A stretch of DNA of 37,906 bases from Planctomycetota bacterium (GCA_024275615.1 JAJRYU010000388.1:1-37906), one strand, 5' to 3'. Positions 9,617-20,003 are shown, counted from the first letter of the stretch. Numbers and translations: made by a program. Notes: generated by a model not told the origin, from the sequence alone.

Positions 9617-11203
9617 TCATGGTCCGAAAAGCAGTTCAACGGCACTTGTTGTGGTGGGCACTGTTCCCAAGACACCGTACTGGACATAGACCTGGACTCC
9701 CGCTAACCCTGGCTGTGCCAGGTTCACAAAGTCACGGTGCTCGCCTACAGCATCTGTGACGAAGCTAAACAAGCCAAAAATGTCACCAGGGGCGTTCGAA
9801 ACAAACAGGGGCAAATTCGTTCCCGGCACGAAGCCGTTGTCGGGAGCGAAACTTACGATGCCGACGATCGAAGTGAGTGGCGGGGCGCCAGTCAAGGCTA
9901 GAGCACCATTTGCGGGAATGAAATTCCCTGTTTCCCAGTGAAATGAAAGCGTGCCTTGAGAGATGCTGTAGCCATACGACAAAGCGCCCAACATCGTGGT
10001 TGTTTCGAATCTTGTCTGCCCAAGAGCAGGTTGATTAGCAGTAAATGAAGCGAAATCGTCGATGCCATCATTGTTCAAATCACCTACAGGCGTCTCGGTC
10101 GCTGATAGGATAAAGAGCGCAAGCCCATTGATTCCCGAACGCATCTCGCGCCGGACAAGGGCCGACGTGACGTTTTCGATTGTCACGATGAAATCTTGAA
10201 ACCCATCGCCGTTGTGGTCCTGCGCTTTTGTCAGTCCAATAATTCTTTCTCCAAGCGCCGGTAGTACCTCCACCACGAGAAAACCGAACCCTGTTGAGAA
10301 GATCCTAACGCGCCCCGTATCCACACCGACGATATCTGCACCTGGGCTGAAGATCGCCACTTCTCTGGCTCCATCACCGTCGATGTCGCTGAGGCCGACC
10401 ATCTTTGCGCCCAAAGCATCCCCTGCTTGTCCGAACCAGCTTCTAAGGGCTTGTCCTGTTTGGCCAGAAAAGACTGTCGCACTCCCGCCTTGGGGTGCAA
10501 TGACCGACGTCGCACCTGAGCTTGCCGCAAGATCAGGAAAACCGTCACCGTCAACATCTCCGATGGCGACTAAACCGCCAGGAGTAAGAACAGCGTTGTT
10601 GTATTGCACAAGATTCGTCGCTTGAAAGCTCGCACCATCAATGACGTCAATAGACGTCACCGGAGTTGAGGTCCAGTAATTCAGGGCAATGAACTCAACC
10701 CGCGAAACCGCCCAATCACTAATTCCATCCCCTGTGACGTCGCCCAACGCCACGGCAAGGGGTTTCACTGAGCTGCTTGGACCAAGAACCGTATTCCCTA
10801 TCAGCACATTTGATGAACCGGAAATCACCCGCATTTCGTCAGTGACCCCCGGCGCAAACCCTACTTTCTCAAGGTAGCAAATCTCAGCACTGCTATCGCC
10901 ATCGAGGTCGGGGGTCTTGATGAACTCCAAGGGACCAGTTTGGGTGATCGCCCAGGGTTGCAAACCATGAATGACCGACCCCGAACGACCGGTGATGATT
11001 GTGACCTTCTTTTGAAGGGTTGAGGTGTAAGCGATGAGGGCGATATCGTTGAAACCATCACCGTTCACGTCGCCAACATCGTAGGCTTCGGCATTGGTAA
11101 CGACTTTCGATTCATCATGATGTGCGATGACCGGAAGACTCTGCGAAAAAACTGAACTCATCGTGCCAATGAACAACCAACACCAGCATATTCGATTCTT
11201 CAT
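9617..11203 (-). CDS. Secreted FG-GAP / integrin-alpha-like beta-propeller protein
   Basis: Signal peptide and seven Ca-binding repeats (GDVNGDGFND, PDLDGDSSAE, GDVTGDGISD, GDVDGDGFPD, SDIDGDGARE, QDHNGDGFQD, GDLNNDGIDD). GAGGGG precedes ATG 11203. Confidence 0.85.
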   Translation of the reverse strand: MKNRICWCWLFIGTMSSVFSQSLPVIAHHDESKVVTNAEAYDVGDVNGDGFNDIALIAYTSTLQKKVTIITGRSGSVIHGLQPWAITQTGPLEFIKTPDLDGDSSAEICYLEKVGFAPGVTDEMRVISGSSNVLIGNTVLGPSSSVKPLAVALGDVTGDGISDWAVSRVEFIALNYWTSTPVTSIDVIDGASFQATNLVQYNNAVLTPGGLVAIGDVDGDGFPDLAASSGATSVIAPQGGSATVFSGQTGQALRSWFGQAGDALGAKMVGLSDIDGDGAREVAIFSPGADIVGVDTGRVRIFSTGFGFLVVEVLPALGERIIGLTKAQDHNGDGFQDFIVTIENVTSALVRREMRSGINGLALFILSATETPVGDLNNDGIDDFASFTANQPALGQTRFETTTMLGALSYGYSISQGTLSFHWETGNFIPANGALALTGAPPLTSIVGIVSFAPDNGFVPGTNLPLFVSNAPGDIFGLFSFVTDAVGEHRDFVNLAQPGLAGVQVYVQYGVLGTVPTTTSAVELLFGP

Positions 11204-11330
11204 TAGACCCCTCACTCATATCGATACGCCCATCCATTCCACAGTTTAAGGGCGGAACTCCTATTTTGCCTAGGAAAATCTGAGTTAATCGTGGGTCCAG
11301 CGTGACTTCAGGCAAGGCGCGCCTTGGCGC

Positions 11331-12446
11331 TCACACGCTGAGGCATCTCAGCAGTTCTGTCATTTGCTCAGCGGCTCGTTGCCAGGAGAAGGATGAAGCT
11401 CGAGACAGGCCCCGTGATATGAGTGCTGGGCCGGATTGGGCATCCTCCATCGCCTTGATCCGCGTCAACCAAGTTGCGATGTCAAGGTCGACACAAAAGT
11501 CAGAGCCGAGAGTCTCCACATGGGGAGGAATGTTGGCGACAACGGCAGGTGTACCCAGGGCGAGCGCTTCTAGAGGTGTCATGCTGAACCCTTCAACAAG
11601 GGAAGGCATGAGAAAGCAACGAGCACCTCGGTAAAGTGCTCCCAAGTCCTGGTCAGTTGGAGATGGACAAAGAACAATGCCGGGCACCGAAGCGAGGGTG
11701 CGTTTGATTCTCAGACATTCGCTGAGCTCGGGACGATCATGAAATGCGAAGACGAGCTTCCTCGAATCTCCTTTACGCTGCAACTCTTGATGAAGCTTGA
11801 TGAGGAACAGCGGATTTTTTCGTTTTTCCAAATGACCGATGAATAGACGGTAGTTGTCGTCAGTGAGGCCATGCCGTTTGAGGAAGTCAGCATCGTCACC
11901 GCCGGCGAAGTGTGAGACATCAATGCCATTGGCGACGACAAAAAGTCGCTTGGGATCGATCTTGGTGACTTGCAAGACAAGGTTGCGCATCGACTCCGAA
12001 ACCGTGACAAGAGGCGTGATTGAATGCCGATAACGTGTGCGAAGAAAAGAATGCAAAGCAAGCCTTCGCCACCATGAGCTCATTCCCTGGGCTGTTGCCC
12101 GCAGATCATGAATAGTCAAGATCGACCGGTCGCCGCAGCGTAGGAGACCATCTTGATGGATCCAGTCGAATCCATTCTCAACGACAATCTCTGATAGCCT
12201 CGGATTAAGAAGTTTGTCTCGTACTTTCGGCCCCACACCGAAGTCTCTGACAACAAAGATCTCGTGTCCGGCAAAATGACAGCGCAATTCTTCGACCATG
12301 AAGTCATAAGTAACGAATCCAAGCCGCAGATCAGGATTCATCTCTTCCACACGCTGCCAGAGATTGACGAGGCGCCTGGCCACACCGCTGTGCATGTCTC
12401 GGACTTGAGTGGCGTCCACCAAGAGAGAAAGTCCGAGGTTGCTCAT
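11331..12446 (-). CDS. Glycosyltransferase family 4 (GT-B)
   Basis: TIHDL, VSES, V.NGID, G.LE.RKN and PSLVEGFSMTPLEA (EX7E). ATGA overlap with the upstream GT. Confidence 0.9.
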   Translation of the reverse strand: MSNLGLSLLVDATQVRDMHSGVARRLVNLWQRVEEMNPDLRLGFVTYDFMVEELRCHFAGHEIFVVRDFGVGPKVRDKLLNPRLSEIVVENGFDWIHQDGLLRCGDRSILTIHDLRATAQGMSSWWRRLALHSFLRTRYRHSITPLVTVSESMRNLVLQVTKIDPKRLFVVANGIDVSHFAGGDDADFLKRHGLTDDNYRLFIGHLEKRKNPLFLIKLHQELQRKGDSRKLVFAFHDRPELSECLRIKRTLASVPGIVLCPSPTDQDLGALYRGARCFLMPSLVEGFSMTPLEALALGTPAVVANIPPHVETLGSDFCVDLDIATWLTRIKAMEDAQSGPALISRGLSRASSFSWQRAAEQMTELLRCLSV

Positions 12447-13561
12447 GAAACCTCTCTTTCACTGGCTTGCCGCCACACAGCCACAGTCGCTTCAGCGCAC
12501 CGACGCCATGAAAGTTCATTGGCTCGAGCTTTCCCTCTTGCACCTAAACTCTCACGGACGGACGCATCGCTGAGAAGGAAGTCGAGTGCATCGGCGATCT
12601 CTTCTGTATTCGTGGGATCGACAAGGCAGGCCGCATCTCCCGCAACCTCCGCCGTTGCACCGACGTTCGCAGTGAGAACCGCTCTCCCGGCCGCCATACC
12701 TTCCACCACGGGTAAGCCAAATCCTTCCCACAAAGAAGGATAGGCGACAATTGAGCATTCGGCCATGGCAGCCATGAGATCATCTTCATTGGCGTCGCGG
12801 TGCCAGACCACAATTCCCAAGCTTTCGAGACGATTGATTTGGCTGACAACATCTTCATCCAGCCAACCGCGGCGACCGACAATGACAAGTCTTGAATCTG
12901 GGTGGCGAGCTGAAACTTTTTCAAAAGCGCACAAGAGTCGCGCATGGTTCTTGCGTGGTTCCAAAGTGCCAACCATCAAGATTTGCGGCGCACCAACCGG
13001 AGGTGACGGTACGTCGAAGAACTCCCTACTTGCCCCTAGGAGCGTGGCCGAAACGAGATTCGGGTCAACGGCAAATCTCTCAATCAGATCGACCCTTGAT
13101 GCCTCGGAGACGGTAATGAACGATGTGCTCCGAGCAACCAGTTGTTTAGTGACTGATTCAAGACGTCGCTGATTGGTCGACGAATACCAGCTTGGCTCCC
13201 GTAAGAAACCCAAGTCATAGATGGTAGCGATCCGGTTCGGTGAGCGAATCGGCAGTTCGACGAAGTCCGTCGCTTGAAACAGGTCTACTGGACCGGTGAA
13301 CGTCTCTGCCGCCATGACCTTCATGCGTCCTAAGACCTGCAGAAGCCTCCCCGGAAAGCGAGGCGCAAAAAGTTCTGCACCCACAACCTGATTCGGCAGA
13401 ACTCTGGGCCCGATCCCCTTCCAGAATGCCGCGAAGAGGGCCAAGTCAATTTCCCCCATGACCTCGGGAAGCGCTTCGACGAGTTGTCGAACATAGCGTC
13501 CGATTCCTGTGTGCCCCAAAAGAGCTGGCCGATAATCAATACCCACGCGCAAGCGACTCAT
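12443..13561 (-). CDS. Glycosyltransferase family 4 (MtfB-like)
   Basis: TGIGRY, TIYDL, VGTLEPRKN and YPSLWEGFGLPVVEGMAAG. ATGA overlap with the flippase. Confidence 0.92.
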   Translation of the reverse strand: MSRLRVGIDYRPALLGHTGIGRYVRQLVEALPEVMGEIDLALFAAFWKGIGPRVLPNQVVGAELFAPRFPGRLLQVLGRMKVMAAETFTGPVDLFQATDFVELPIRSPNRIATIYDLGFLREPSWYSSTNQRRLESVTKQLVARSTSFITVSEASRVDLIERFAVDPNLVSATLLGASREFFDVPSPPVGAPQILMVGTLEPRKNHARLLCAFEKVSARHPDSRLVIVGRRGWLDEDVVSQINRLESLGIVVWHRDANEDDLMAAMAECSIVAYPSLWEGFGLPVVEGMAAGRAVLTANVGATAEVAGDAACLVDPTNTEEIADALDFLLSDASVRESLGARGKARANELSWRRCAEATVAVWRQASEREVS

Positions 13562-15006
13562 GAGGCCTCCTCCTCAATAGCTTTGCGCGCCTCGAAACGA
13601 TGTCTCAAGGATCTGGCAACACCAACCAGCAAATGGGTCGCCGCAGCCGTCACTGCCAGCCCTGACGCCAAAAGTAGTTTCGTATGCTGAGAATCGGGCC
13701 AGACCGCCAAGTAGATGGCCAAAGCGACAGCCCCCGGTGCCATGGCTGCAAGAAAAGCCCCTCCCACTTCAGTCGAAGAGAAGTCTGAACTTGCCCGTGC
13801 TCCAAATCTTTGGCTCACCAGAGCAAGAACGGCAATGAGTACCTCGGTACAAACTGTGGCTCTGGCCGCTCCATCACCGCCCAGGTCCGGAATCCACAGC
13901 CAATTGAGCAGGAGGTTCGTGACTAGCCCCAAAAGCGTGATGGCTGTCCATGATCGGTACCGCTTTGCCATGATCAGGGCTGTCGAATAGGCCATGCCAA
14001 GCACCATGAAAGGAACAGCTGTTGCCAGCATGGCCAGAGCCGAAGCGGCAGGTTCGCTCTTCTCGCCACTCACAATGTAGACGATAGGCATTGATTGCAA
14101 GAGCACCATGCTTAGAGGCAGCATGGCACCCAAGCAAGCGATGGCCGTCAATGCGACGTCGTTGGGGTGAGGGTTTTGCCGCTCCTTCAAGCGACCGCTC
14201 AAAAATGGCAGATAGGGAGCAAGAAGCAAGGAAGCCGCAACCACGACTGGCCCCAACACTCGCACAGCAAGGCCATAATCAGCCACGGCCTGAACGTTGG
14301 ACATGGCACGCAACATGAAGACATCAATGTGAAAGTAGGCGGCACTAAACATGGTTGCGGCTGCGAGGAAAGCCAATCCGCGAACCGGAGAGGCGACGGT
14401 GCTATCCGCTGCAAGCGTGGCAGGCGAAAACCACCGCAGCATCACGCATGGATAGACGGACATGACAATTTCACGGCCAAGAAATGCGGTCAAGACAAGT
14501 GCCAGCACGTCGCCGTCTCTTTGGACAATGGCAGCGATCAAGGCACAGAACACACCGCGGATGGCAAGTCCGCCCCACGCCGTCACTCGATTCCTGCGAT
14601 TGGCGGCAAAATGAGCCGCCATGGTGCGCAATGGCAAACATAGAATCGCTGCGGCGAAGAGCCACCATTCAAGCTCCCGGGGCAACAAGGATGCGGCGGC
14701 CATGGCCATAGAAATTGCCACCAACGCCAAAATCAGCCTTTGCCTCACGACGCGATGCAAAAAAGCGACGCTGCTGGCCTGATTCTTCGACAATTCGGCG
14801 ACAACAGCGGGCTGTAATCCGGCATCCACCAGCTGGCTTGCGAGGGCCAATGCTCCAGAAACCAAGACGAACGCCGAGAATCCTTGGGCATCCAAGCGGC
14901 GCACCAAGAGAAACGTGATGAGCAGCCCCAAAGTGAGGCCAATCGCATGTGCCACAAGAAGAACCACTTGGCTCTCAATAATTGATTCTCGTCTTAATCC
15001 TCGCAT
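13558..15006 (-). CDS. Wzx-like oligosaccharide flippase (MOP superfamily)
   Basis: About 12-14 hydrophobic helices with LVRRL...F, DAGL, IDVFML, V..YGLA.R and N..LN.LWIP..G..GAA.AT..TE. Coupled to two GT4 genes. Confidence 0.8.
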   Translation of the reverse strand: MRGLRRESIIESQVVLLVAHAIGLTLGLLITFLLVRRLDAQGFSAFVLVSGALALASQLVDAGLQPAVVAELSKNQASSVAFLHRVVRQRLILALVAISMAMAAASLLPRELEWWLFAAAILCLPLRTMAAHFAANRRNRVTAWGGLAIRGVFCALIAAIVQRDGDVLALVLTAFLGREIVMSVYPCVMLRWFSPATLAADSTVASPVRGLAFLAAATMFSAAYFHIDVFMLRAMSNVQAVADYGLAVRVLGPVVVAASLLLAPYLPFLSGRLKERQNPHPNDVALTAIACLGAMLPLSMVLLQSMPIVYIVSGEKSEPAASALAMLATAVPFMVLGMAYSTALIMAKRYRSWTAITLLGLVTNLLLNWLWIPDLGGDGAARATVCTEVLIAVLALVSQRFGARASSDFSSTEVGGAFLAAMAPGAVALAIYLAVWPDSQHTKLLLASGLAVTAAATHLLVGVARSLRHRFEARKAIEEEAS

Positions 15007-15135
15007 CTGTTCAGAACTCTATCCGATCCCTGTACTTGTGGCGAATCATTGCTCCTTCGACGCCATCAATAACTCTCGACTTGCCAAGATTTGAGCTGTT
15101 TTCGCACCGACTCTTTGAGGTTAGTATCTCGCACC

Positions 15136-16659
15136 ATGATCATAGACGGACAAGATATTCAGCTCAGTGAGCTCGACGGTTTCTTATCTACCCATCCACC
15201 TCAGGTTAGCCTGGGCGAGAAAGCCAAGGCCGCGATGAAGGAATCGCGAGACACGGTCGAGGCCATTCTCAAGCGGGAGCAGGTGGTCTACGGCATCAAC
15301 ACCGGGTTTGGCAAGCTTGCCAACACCGGCATTGCTGCCTCAAGACTTGAGGAGCTTCAGCGCAATCTCATTGTCTCTCATGCGGTCGGTGTCGGCACGC
15401 CCTTGCCACCCACCGTGGTTCGCTTGGCCATGCTACTGCGGGCTAACGCTCTTTCTCGAGGCCACAGCGGTTGCCGCGTCAAAGTTGTTGAGACTCTGCT
15501 TGCCCTGCTCAACGAAGACTGTTTGCCCATGATCCCGGCTCAAGGATCTGTTGGTGCCAGTGGTGACCTCGCGCCATTGGCCCACATGGCTTGCCTCCTC
15601 ATCGGCGAAGGTGAAGCCTACCTCCATGGCGAACGCATGCCTTCAGCCCAAGCTCTGGTGGAGGTCGGCATCGAACCCATTGTCTTGCAGGCCAAAGAAG
15701 GGCTGGCCCTCATCAACGGTACACAGATTTCAGCGGCCATCGGACTCCAGGGTTACATAGAATCGACCCGACTTCTATCAACTGCTGATATCGCTTGCGC
15801 CATGACCTTGGAAGCACTCAAAGGTTCAATTAGGCCTTTCGATGAGCGCGTCTGGAAAGTCCGCCCCCATCCCGGGCACAAGGAAGTTAGCGCCAACCTG
15901 CGCGCACTCATGGTGGGCAGCGAAATTCTGGAGTCACACAAAGACTGCAACAAAGTCCAAGACCAGTATTCCCTACGCTGTGTCCCCCAAGTTCACGGTG
16001 CCGTCCGCGACGCGTTGCGCCATGTTGGCGAGGTGTTGCAAAGAGAAGTCAACGCGGTCACCGACAACCCTCTCATCTTTCCTGCTGATGACGATGTCAT
16101 TTCCGCTGGGAACTTTCACGCCGAACCCCTGGCTATTCCCTTCGATTACGCCAGTGCTGCCATGAGCGAGTTAGCCAACATCAGCGAAAGACGTTTGGAA
16201 AACATGGTTAACCCTGACTTGTCCGGCTTGCCTGCTTTTCTGGCAAACGATTCTGGCGTCAATTCAGGTTTTATGATCGCCCAAGTCACCGCCGCAGCCT
16301 TGGTCAGCGAAAACAAATGCCTAGCCCATCCAGCCAGCGTCGACAGCATTCCGACTTCCGCTAACAAGGAAGACCATGTGAGCATGGCACCCATTGCTGC
16401 GAGGAAGTTTCGCGCCATCGTAGAAAACGCCGCCAATGTCTTGGCCATCGAGCTCATGGCCGCATTCCAGGCCATCGGTTTCGGCGAGGGGCTCAAACCC
16501 GGAGTTGGCGTCGAAGCGGCTATGAACATCATTGGCAAGGACCTCGCTCCCCTCAAGCAAGATCGTTATTTAAAAAAAGACATCGACATCGTTCGCAATA
16601 TCATGGACCAAGGGATGCTTCTTGCTGCCGTAAAAACCGCAGTACCCGAATTGATTTAG
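15136..16659 (+). CDS. hutH: Histidine ammonia-lyase
   Basis: VYGINTGFG, LQRNLIVSHA, MIO-forming GSVGASGDLAPLAH, QD.YSLRC.PQVHG and EDHVSM. Start ATG 15136 preferred over TTG 15091. Confidence 0.97.
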   Translation: MIIDGQDIQLSELDGFLSTHPPQVSLGEKAKAAMKESRDTVEAILKREQVVYGINTGFGKLANTGIAASRLEELQRNLIVSHAVGVGTPLPPTVVRLAMLLRANALSRGHSGCRVKVVETLLALLNEDCLPMIPAQGSVGASGDLAPLAHMACLLIGEGEAYLHGERMPSAQALVEVGIEPIVLQAKEGLALINGTQISAAIGLQGYIESTRLLSTADIACAMTLEALKGSIRPFDERVWKVRPHPGHKEVSANLRALMVGSEILESHKDCNKVQDQYSLRCVPQVHGAVRDALRHVGEVLQREVNAVTDNPLIFPADDDVISAGNFHAEPLAIPFDYASAAMSELANISERRLENMVNPDLSGLPAFLANDSGVNSGFMIAQVTAAALVSENKCLAHPASVDSIPTSANKEDHVSMAPIAARKFRAIVENAANVLAIELMAAFQAIGFGEGLKPGVGVEAAMNIIGKDLAPLKQDRYLKKDIDIVRNIMDQGMLLAAVKTAVPELI

Positions 16660-16671
16660 AAAGAAGACGTC

Positions 16672-18321
16672 ATGACATACCAAGAAATCCACGCGCCAAC
16701 GGGAAACACACTGAGCTGCAAGTCTTGGCTAACTGAGGCGCCCATGCGAATGCTCATGAACAATCTCGACCCCAACGTCGCCGAGGATCCAGAAAACCTC
16801 ATCGTCTACGGGGGTAGTGGCAAGGCAGCAAGAAACTGGAATTGCTACCATGCCATCATCAAGGAACTGCAGAGACTGGAAGCTGATGAAACTCTCTTGA
16901 TTCAATCAGGAAAACCAGTCGCTGTTTTTCGTACCCATGAGGATGCCCCGCGCGTTCTAATTGCCAATTCGCACTTGGTCCCGGCGTGGGCAACCTACGA
17001 GTATTTCCGCGAACTCGAAAAGAAGGACCTAATCGCTTACGGCCAAATGACCGCGGGCTCATGGATCTACATTGGTAGCCAAGGCATCATCCAAGGAACC
17101 TATGAGACTTTTGTTGCCGCTGGCCGCAAGCATTTTGGCGGCGACATTGCTGGCCGCTTGGTCGTGACAGGGGGACTCGGAGGCATGGGAGGCGCTCAGC
17201 CACTAGCAGCGACCATGGCCGGAACCACCTGTTTGGTAGCCGAGATTGATCCTCACCGCGTCCAACGCCGTCTGGAAACCAAGTACCTCGATGAAGCCTA
17301 CGAAGACCTTGACGACGCTATTGATCGCGCCGTCGCATACGCCAAAGACAAAAAGGCTTTGTCGGTTGGCTACACGGGCAACGTCATTGACCTCTTAGCG
17401 CGTTTGAAAGAGCGCAACATCGTCCCAGACATGCTCACCGATCAGACAAGCGCCCACGATCCACTCATGGGCTACTTCCCTGAGAATCTGAGCTTTGAGG
17501 ATGCTCTCGCTCTGAGGGCGGCCGACGAGAAGGCCTACATCGATTTGAGTCTCGCCGCCATGGGACGCCACGTCCAATTGATGCTTGATCTCATGGACGC
17601 CGGCGCCGTCACTTTCGACTATGGCAATAACTTACGTGGCCAGGCGAAGTCACAAGGTGTCAAGAATGCCTTTGATTTTCCGGGATTTGTCCCAGCCTAT
17701 GTCCGTCCTCTTTTCTGCGAAGGTCGCGGGCCGTTTAGGTGGGTGGCTCTTTCCGGAGATCCAGCCGACATTCACAAGACTGATGAACTCATCCTCAGAG
17801 AGTTCGCGGACAACGAAGATCTTTGCCGTTGGATCAAGATGGCCAACGAGAGAATCGAGTTTCAGGGCCTACCCAGTCGGATTTGTTGGTTAGGTTATGG
17901 TGAACGCGATCGTTTCGCATTGTTGCTGAACAAAATGGTGCGGGATGGGGAACTTTCTGCTCCTATCGTCATCGGCCGTGACCATCTCGATTGTGGCAGC
18001 GTTGCCAGCCCCAATCGTGAGACAGAAGGAATGAAGGATGGCAGTGATGCCATCGCCGATTGGCCACTTCTCAACGCCCTGCTCTCTACTGCCGGTGGTG
18101 CCACATGGGTGTCGCTCCATCATGGAGGTGGCGTCGGTATCGGCAATTCTATTCACGCCGGGCTTGTAATCGTCGCTGATGGTACCGAAGCCGCCGACCG
18201 TCGCATCAAGCGGGTTCTTACCAACGATCCCGGCCTTGGTGTCGTACGTCATGTCGATGCGGGGTATGACAAGGCCATTGATTTCGCAAAAGGCACCGAC
18301 CTCAACATTCCTATGGTGTAG
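16672..18321 (+). CDS. hutU: Urocanate hydratase
   Basis: [53 protein letters not shown] and HHGGGVG. Directly follows hutH. Confidence 0.98.
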   Translation: MTYQEIHAPTGNTLSCKSWLTEAPMRMLMNNLDPNVAEDPENLIVYGGSGKAARNWNCYHAIIKELQRLEADETLLIQSGKPVAVFRTHEDAPRVLIANSHLVPAWATYEYFRELEKKDLIAYGQMTAGSWIYIGSQGIIQGTYETFVAAGRKHFGGDIAGRLVVTGGLGGMGGAQPLAATMAGTTCLVAEIDPHRVQRRLETKYLDEAYEDLDDAIDRAVAYAKDKKALSVGYTGNVIDLLARLKERNIVPDMLTDQTSAHDPLMGYFPENLSFEDALALRAADEKAYIDLSLAAMGRHVQLMLDLMDAGAVTFDYGNNLRGQAKSQGVKNAFDFPGFVPAYVRPLFCEGRGPFRWVALSGDPADIHKTDELILREFADNEDLCRWIKMANERIEFQGLPSRICWLGYGERDRFALLLNKMVRDGELSAPIVIGRDHLDCGSVASPNRETEGMKDGSDAIADWPLLNALLSTAGGATWVSLHHGGGVGIGNSIHAGLVIVADGTEAADRRIKRVLTNDPGLGVVRHVDAGYDKAIDFAKGTDLNIPMV

Positions 18322-18349
18322 CGCCTGGGTAAATATCACTGATTCCCCT

Positions 18350-18390
18350 GGACCAGTCGCTGATTCTAGTTCAGCAATCTGGTCCTTTTT
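18350..18390 (+). terminator. Intrinsic terminator after hutU
   Basis: GGACCAG..GCTGA / TCAGC...CTGGTCC stem followed by TTTTT. Confidence 0.65.
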
Positions 18391-18634
18391 CTATGTTGTC
18401 GCCCCTGTCGCAGGAGCCACTCCAGCAGCAACGGGGCCCTCTACTGCTCCTGTGCCGCATTCTAAGACGTCGCAGAATCCGACAACAGATTCCCGAAGTA
18501 TACCGCCGATATATGAAAAAGTGAGCATCAAGCGCTCTGCATGACAATTCGTATCGCTTGGGTTGGAAGCGACTGGAATTGCAGCAGTGGTTGAAACGGG
18601 AATCGCTCGCCACCGCCGGAGGAGGGCAACATCA

Positions 18635-19909
18635 ATGATCAAGAGCAACAGCAATCAGGGGCAATCAAACAGGTCCTTTTTCAGAACAATCCTCCCCTAT
18701 TGCAACCTCTTGGTTGCCGCTGGCCTCACCTTCAGCCTCGCGGGTGTGACTCACCGCATTGGCAGCAGTGAGTTAGAAAATCAAACCTTGGAAGCTGAGC
18801 TATCATCGGCGCGCCGAGATTTGTCGATCATAAGAAACGAAAGCCGTGAGCAGTTCGGAAAACTCTCGCATCAAGGAGAGTTGACGGCAGACGAATACCG
18901 ATCCCGTGTTGAGTCCTACTCAGACGTGCTGGACTCGATGGAGTCCCGTCTTGAACGCATGGAATCATCCAGTCAGTCAACAACCAGTCGCACTGACGAA
19001 ACCGTATCAGCGTTTCGTGGAGAATTGGCTGAACTTCGAGCTCGACTACGAGATCAAGCAAAACCGAAGAAAAGCACAGCGCAGGTTTTTCGAGAATTCG
19101 AAAAAGATCACCGCGATGGTGTTGTCCTGATCTACACAGAGTTTGACTATCGCCGTACCGGCGGCACGAAAAAGGCGATCAAGACAGTCACTGGCTGGGG
19201 AAGCGGATTTTTCCTCACTAAGAACGGCTATATCGCAACCAATAAGCATGTCGTGCAACCGTGGAAGTTCGATGCGGACTTGGCGGCCATGTCGGCTCTC
19301 GGCGAGATTGAAATCCTCAAGGACACTCTTCGCATTGCTTGCTGGCAATCCGGTTGCAAAGCGTTCGACAAAAATGGTGATCCACTGACATCCGTTGGTT
19401 TCAACACCTGGAAACTCAAGAACCTGAGAATCGCACTTCAGGCCAAAGACAGCATGCGTGAAAGGGAGATGGACTTCGGCGGCTTCGGGCCGACACTGAA
19501 AATCCATGCTCTTGACAACAACGACGTCGTTGTACTGCAGGCGGAAGGCAATGATTTCCATCCTCTTCCTCTCAAGATTGGACCAGGCTGCGGCATCCAA
19601 AAACTCGACTCCGTCATGGCACTTGGTTTTCCTCGGGGACAAAACGGACTGGAAGCTGGATTGGTAGAGAGCTCACCTTCCATCGGTACCGTGCGCAAAG
19701 TGGAAAATACCATTCACGTCACAGCGTCGATCATTCCTGGCAACAGCGGCGGCCCCTTGATCGGTCCTGATGGCCGGGTCGTGGGCATGGTTACACGGGT
19801 CTACTCGGAAACTCTCGGCATTTGCCTCAAACTCGACCACGTCTTGAAACTTGTCAAGAAACTTGAAGCAGCGGAAAAAACAGCGGCCATCGCTTCCGCC
19901 AAGCAATAG
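18635..19909 (+). CDS. Membrane-anchored coiled-coil + trypsin-like (S1) serine protease, no PDZ
   Basis: GGAGGAGG precedes ATG 18635. TM segment, long heptad-like region, GSGFF, triad TNKHV / DNNDV / PGNSGGP. Confidence 0.85.
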   Translation: MIKSNSNQGQSNRSFFRTILPYCNLLVAAGLTFSLAGVTHRIGSSELENQTLEAELSSARRDLSIIRNESREQFGKLSHQGELTADEYRSRVESYSDVLDSMESRLERMESSSQSTTSRTDETVSAFRGELAELRARLRDQAKPKKSTAQVFREFEKDHRDGVVLIYTEFDYRRTGGTKKAIKTVTGWGSGFFLTKNGYIATNKHVVQPWKFDADLAAMSALGEIEILKDTLRIACWQSGCKAFDKNGDPLTSVGFNTWKLKNLRIALQAKDSMREREMDFGGFGPTLKIHALDNNDVVVLQAEGNDFHPLPLKIGPGCGIQKLDSVMALGFPRGQNGLEAGLVESSPSIGTVRKVENTIHVTASIIPGNSGGPLIGPDGRVVGMVTRVYSETLGICLKLDHVLKLVKKLEAAEKTAAIASAKQ

Positions 19910-20003
19910 CGAATCAGCCCCTTCGCGAGGATCGCTGGTGTCCCTGCCACCTGATCAGCTCTTGTTTCTTTTCGAACCCATGAATCCCCCCCCGCAATTC
20001 GTT

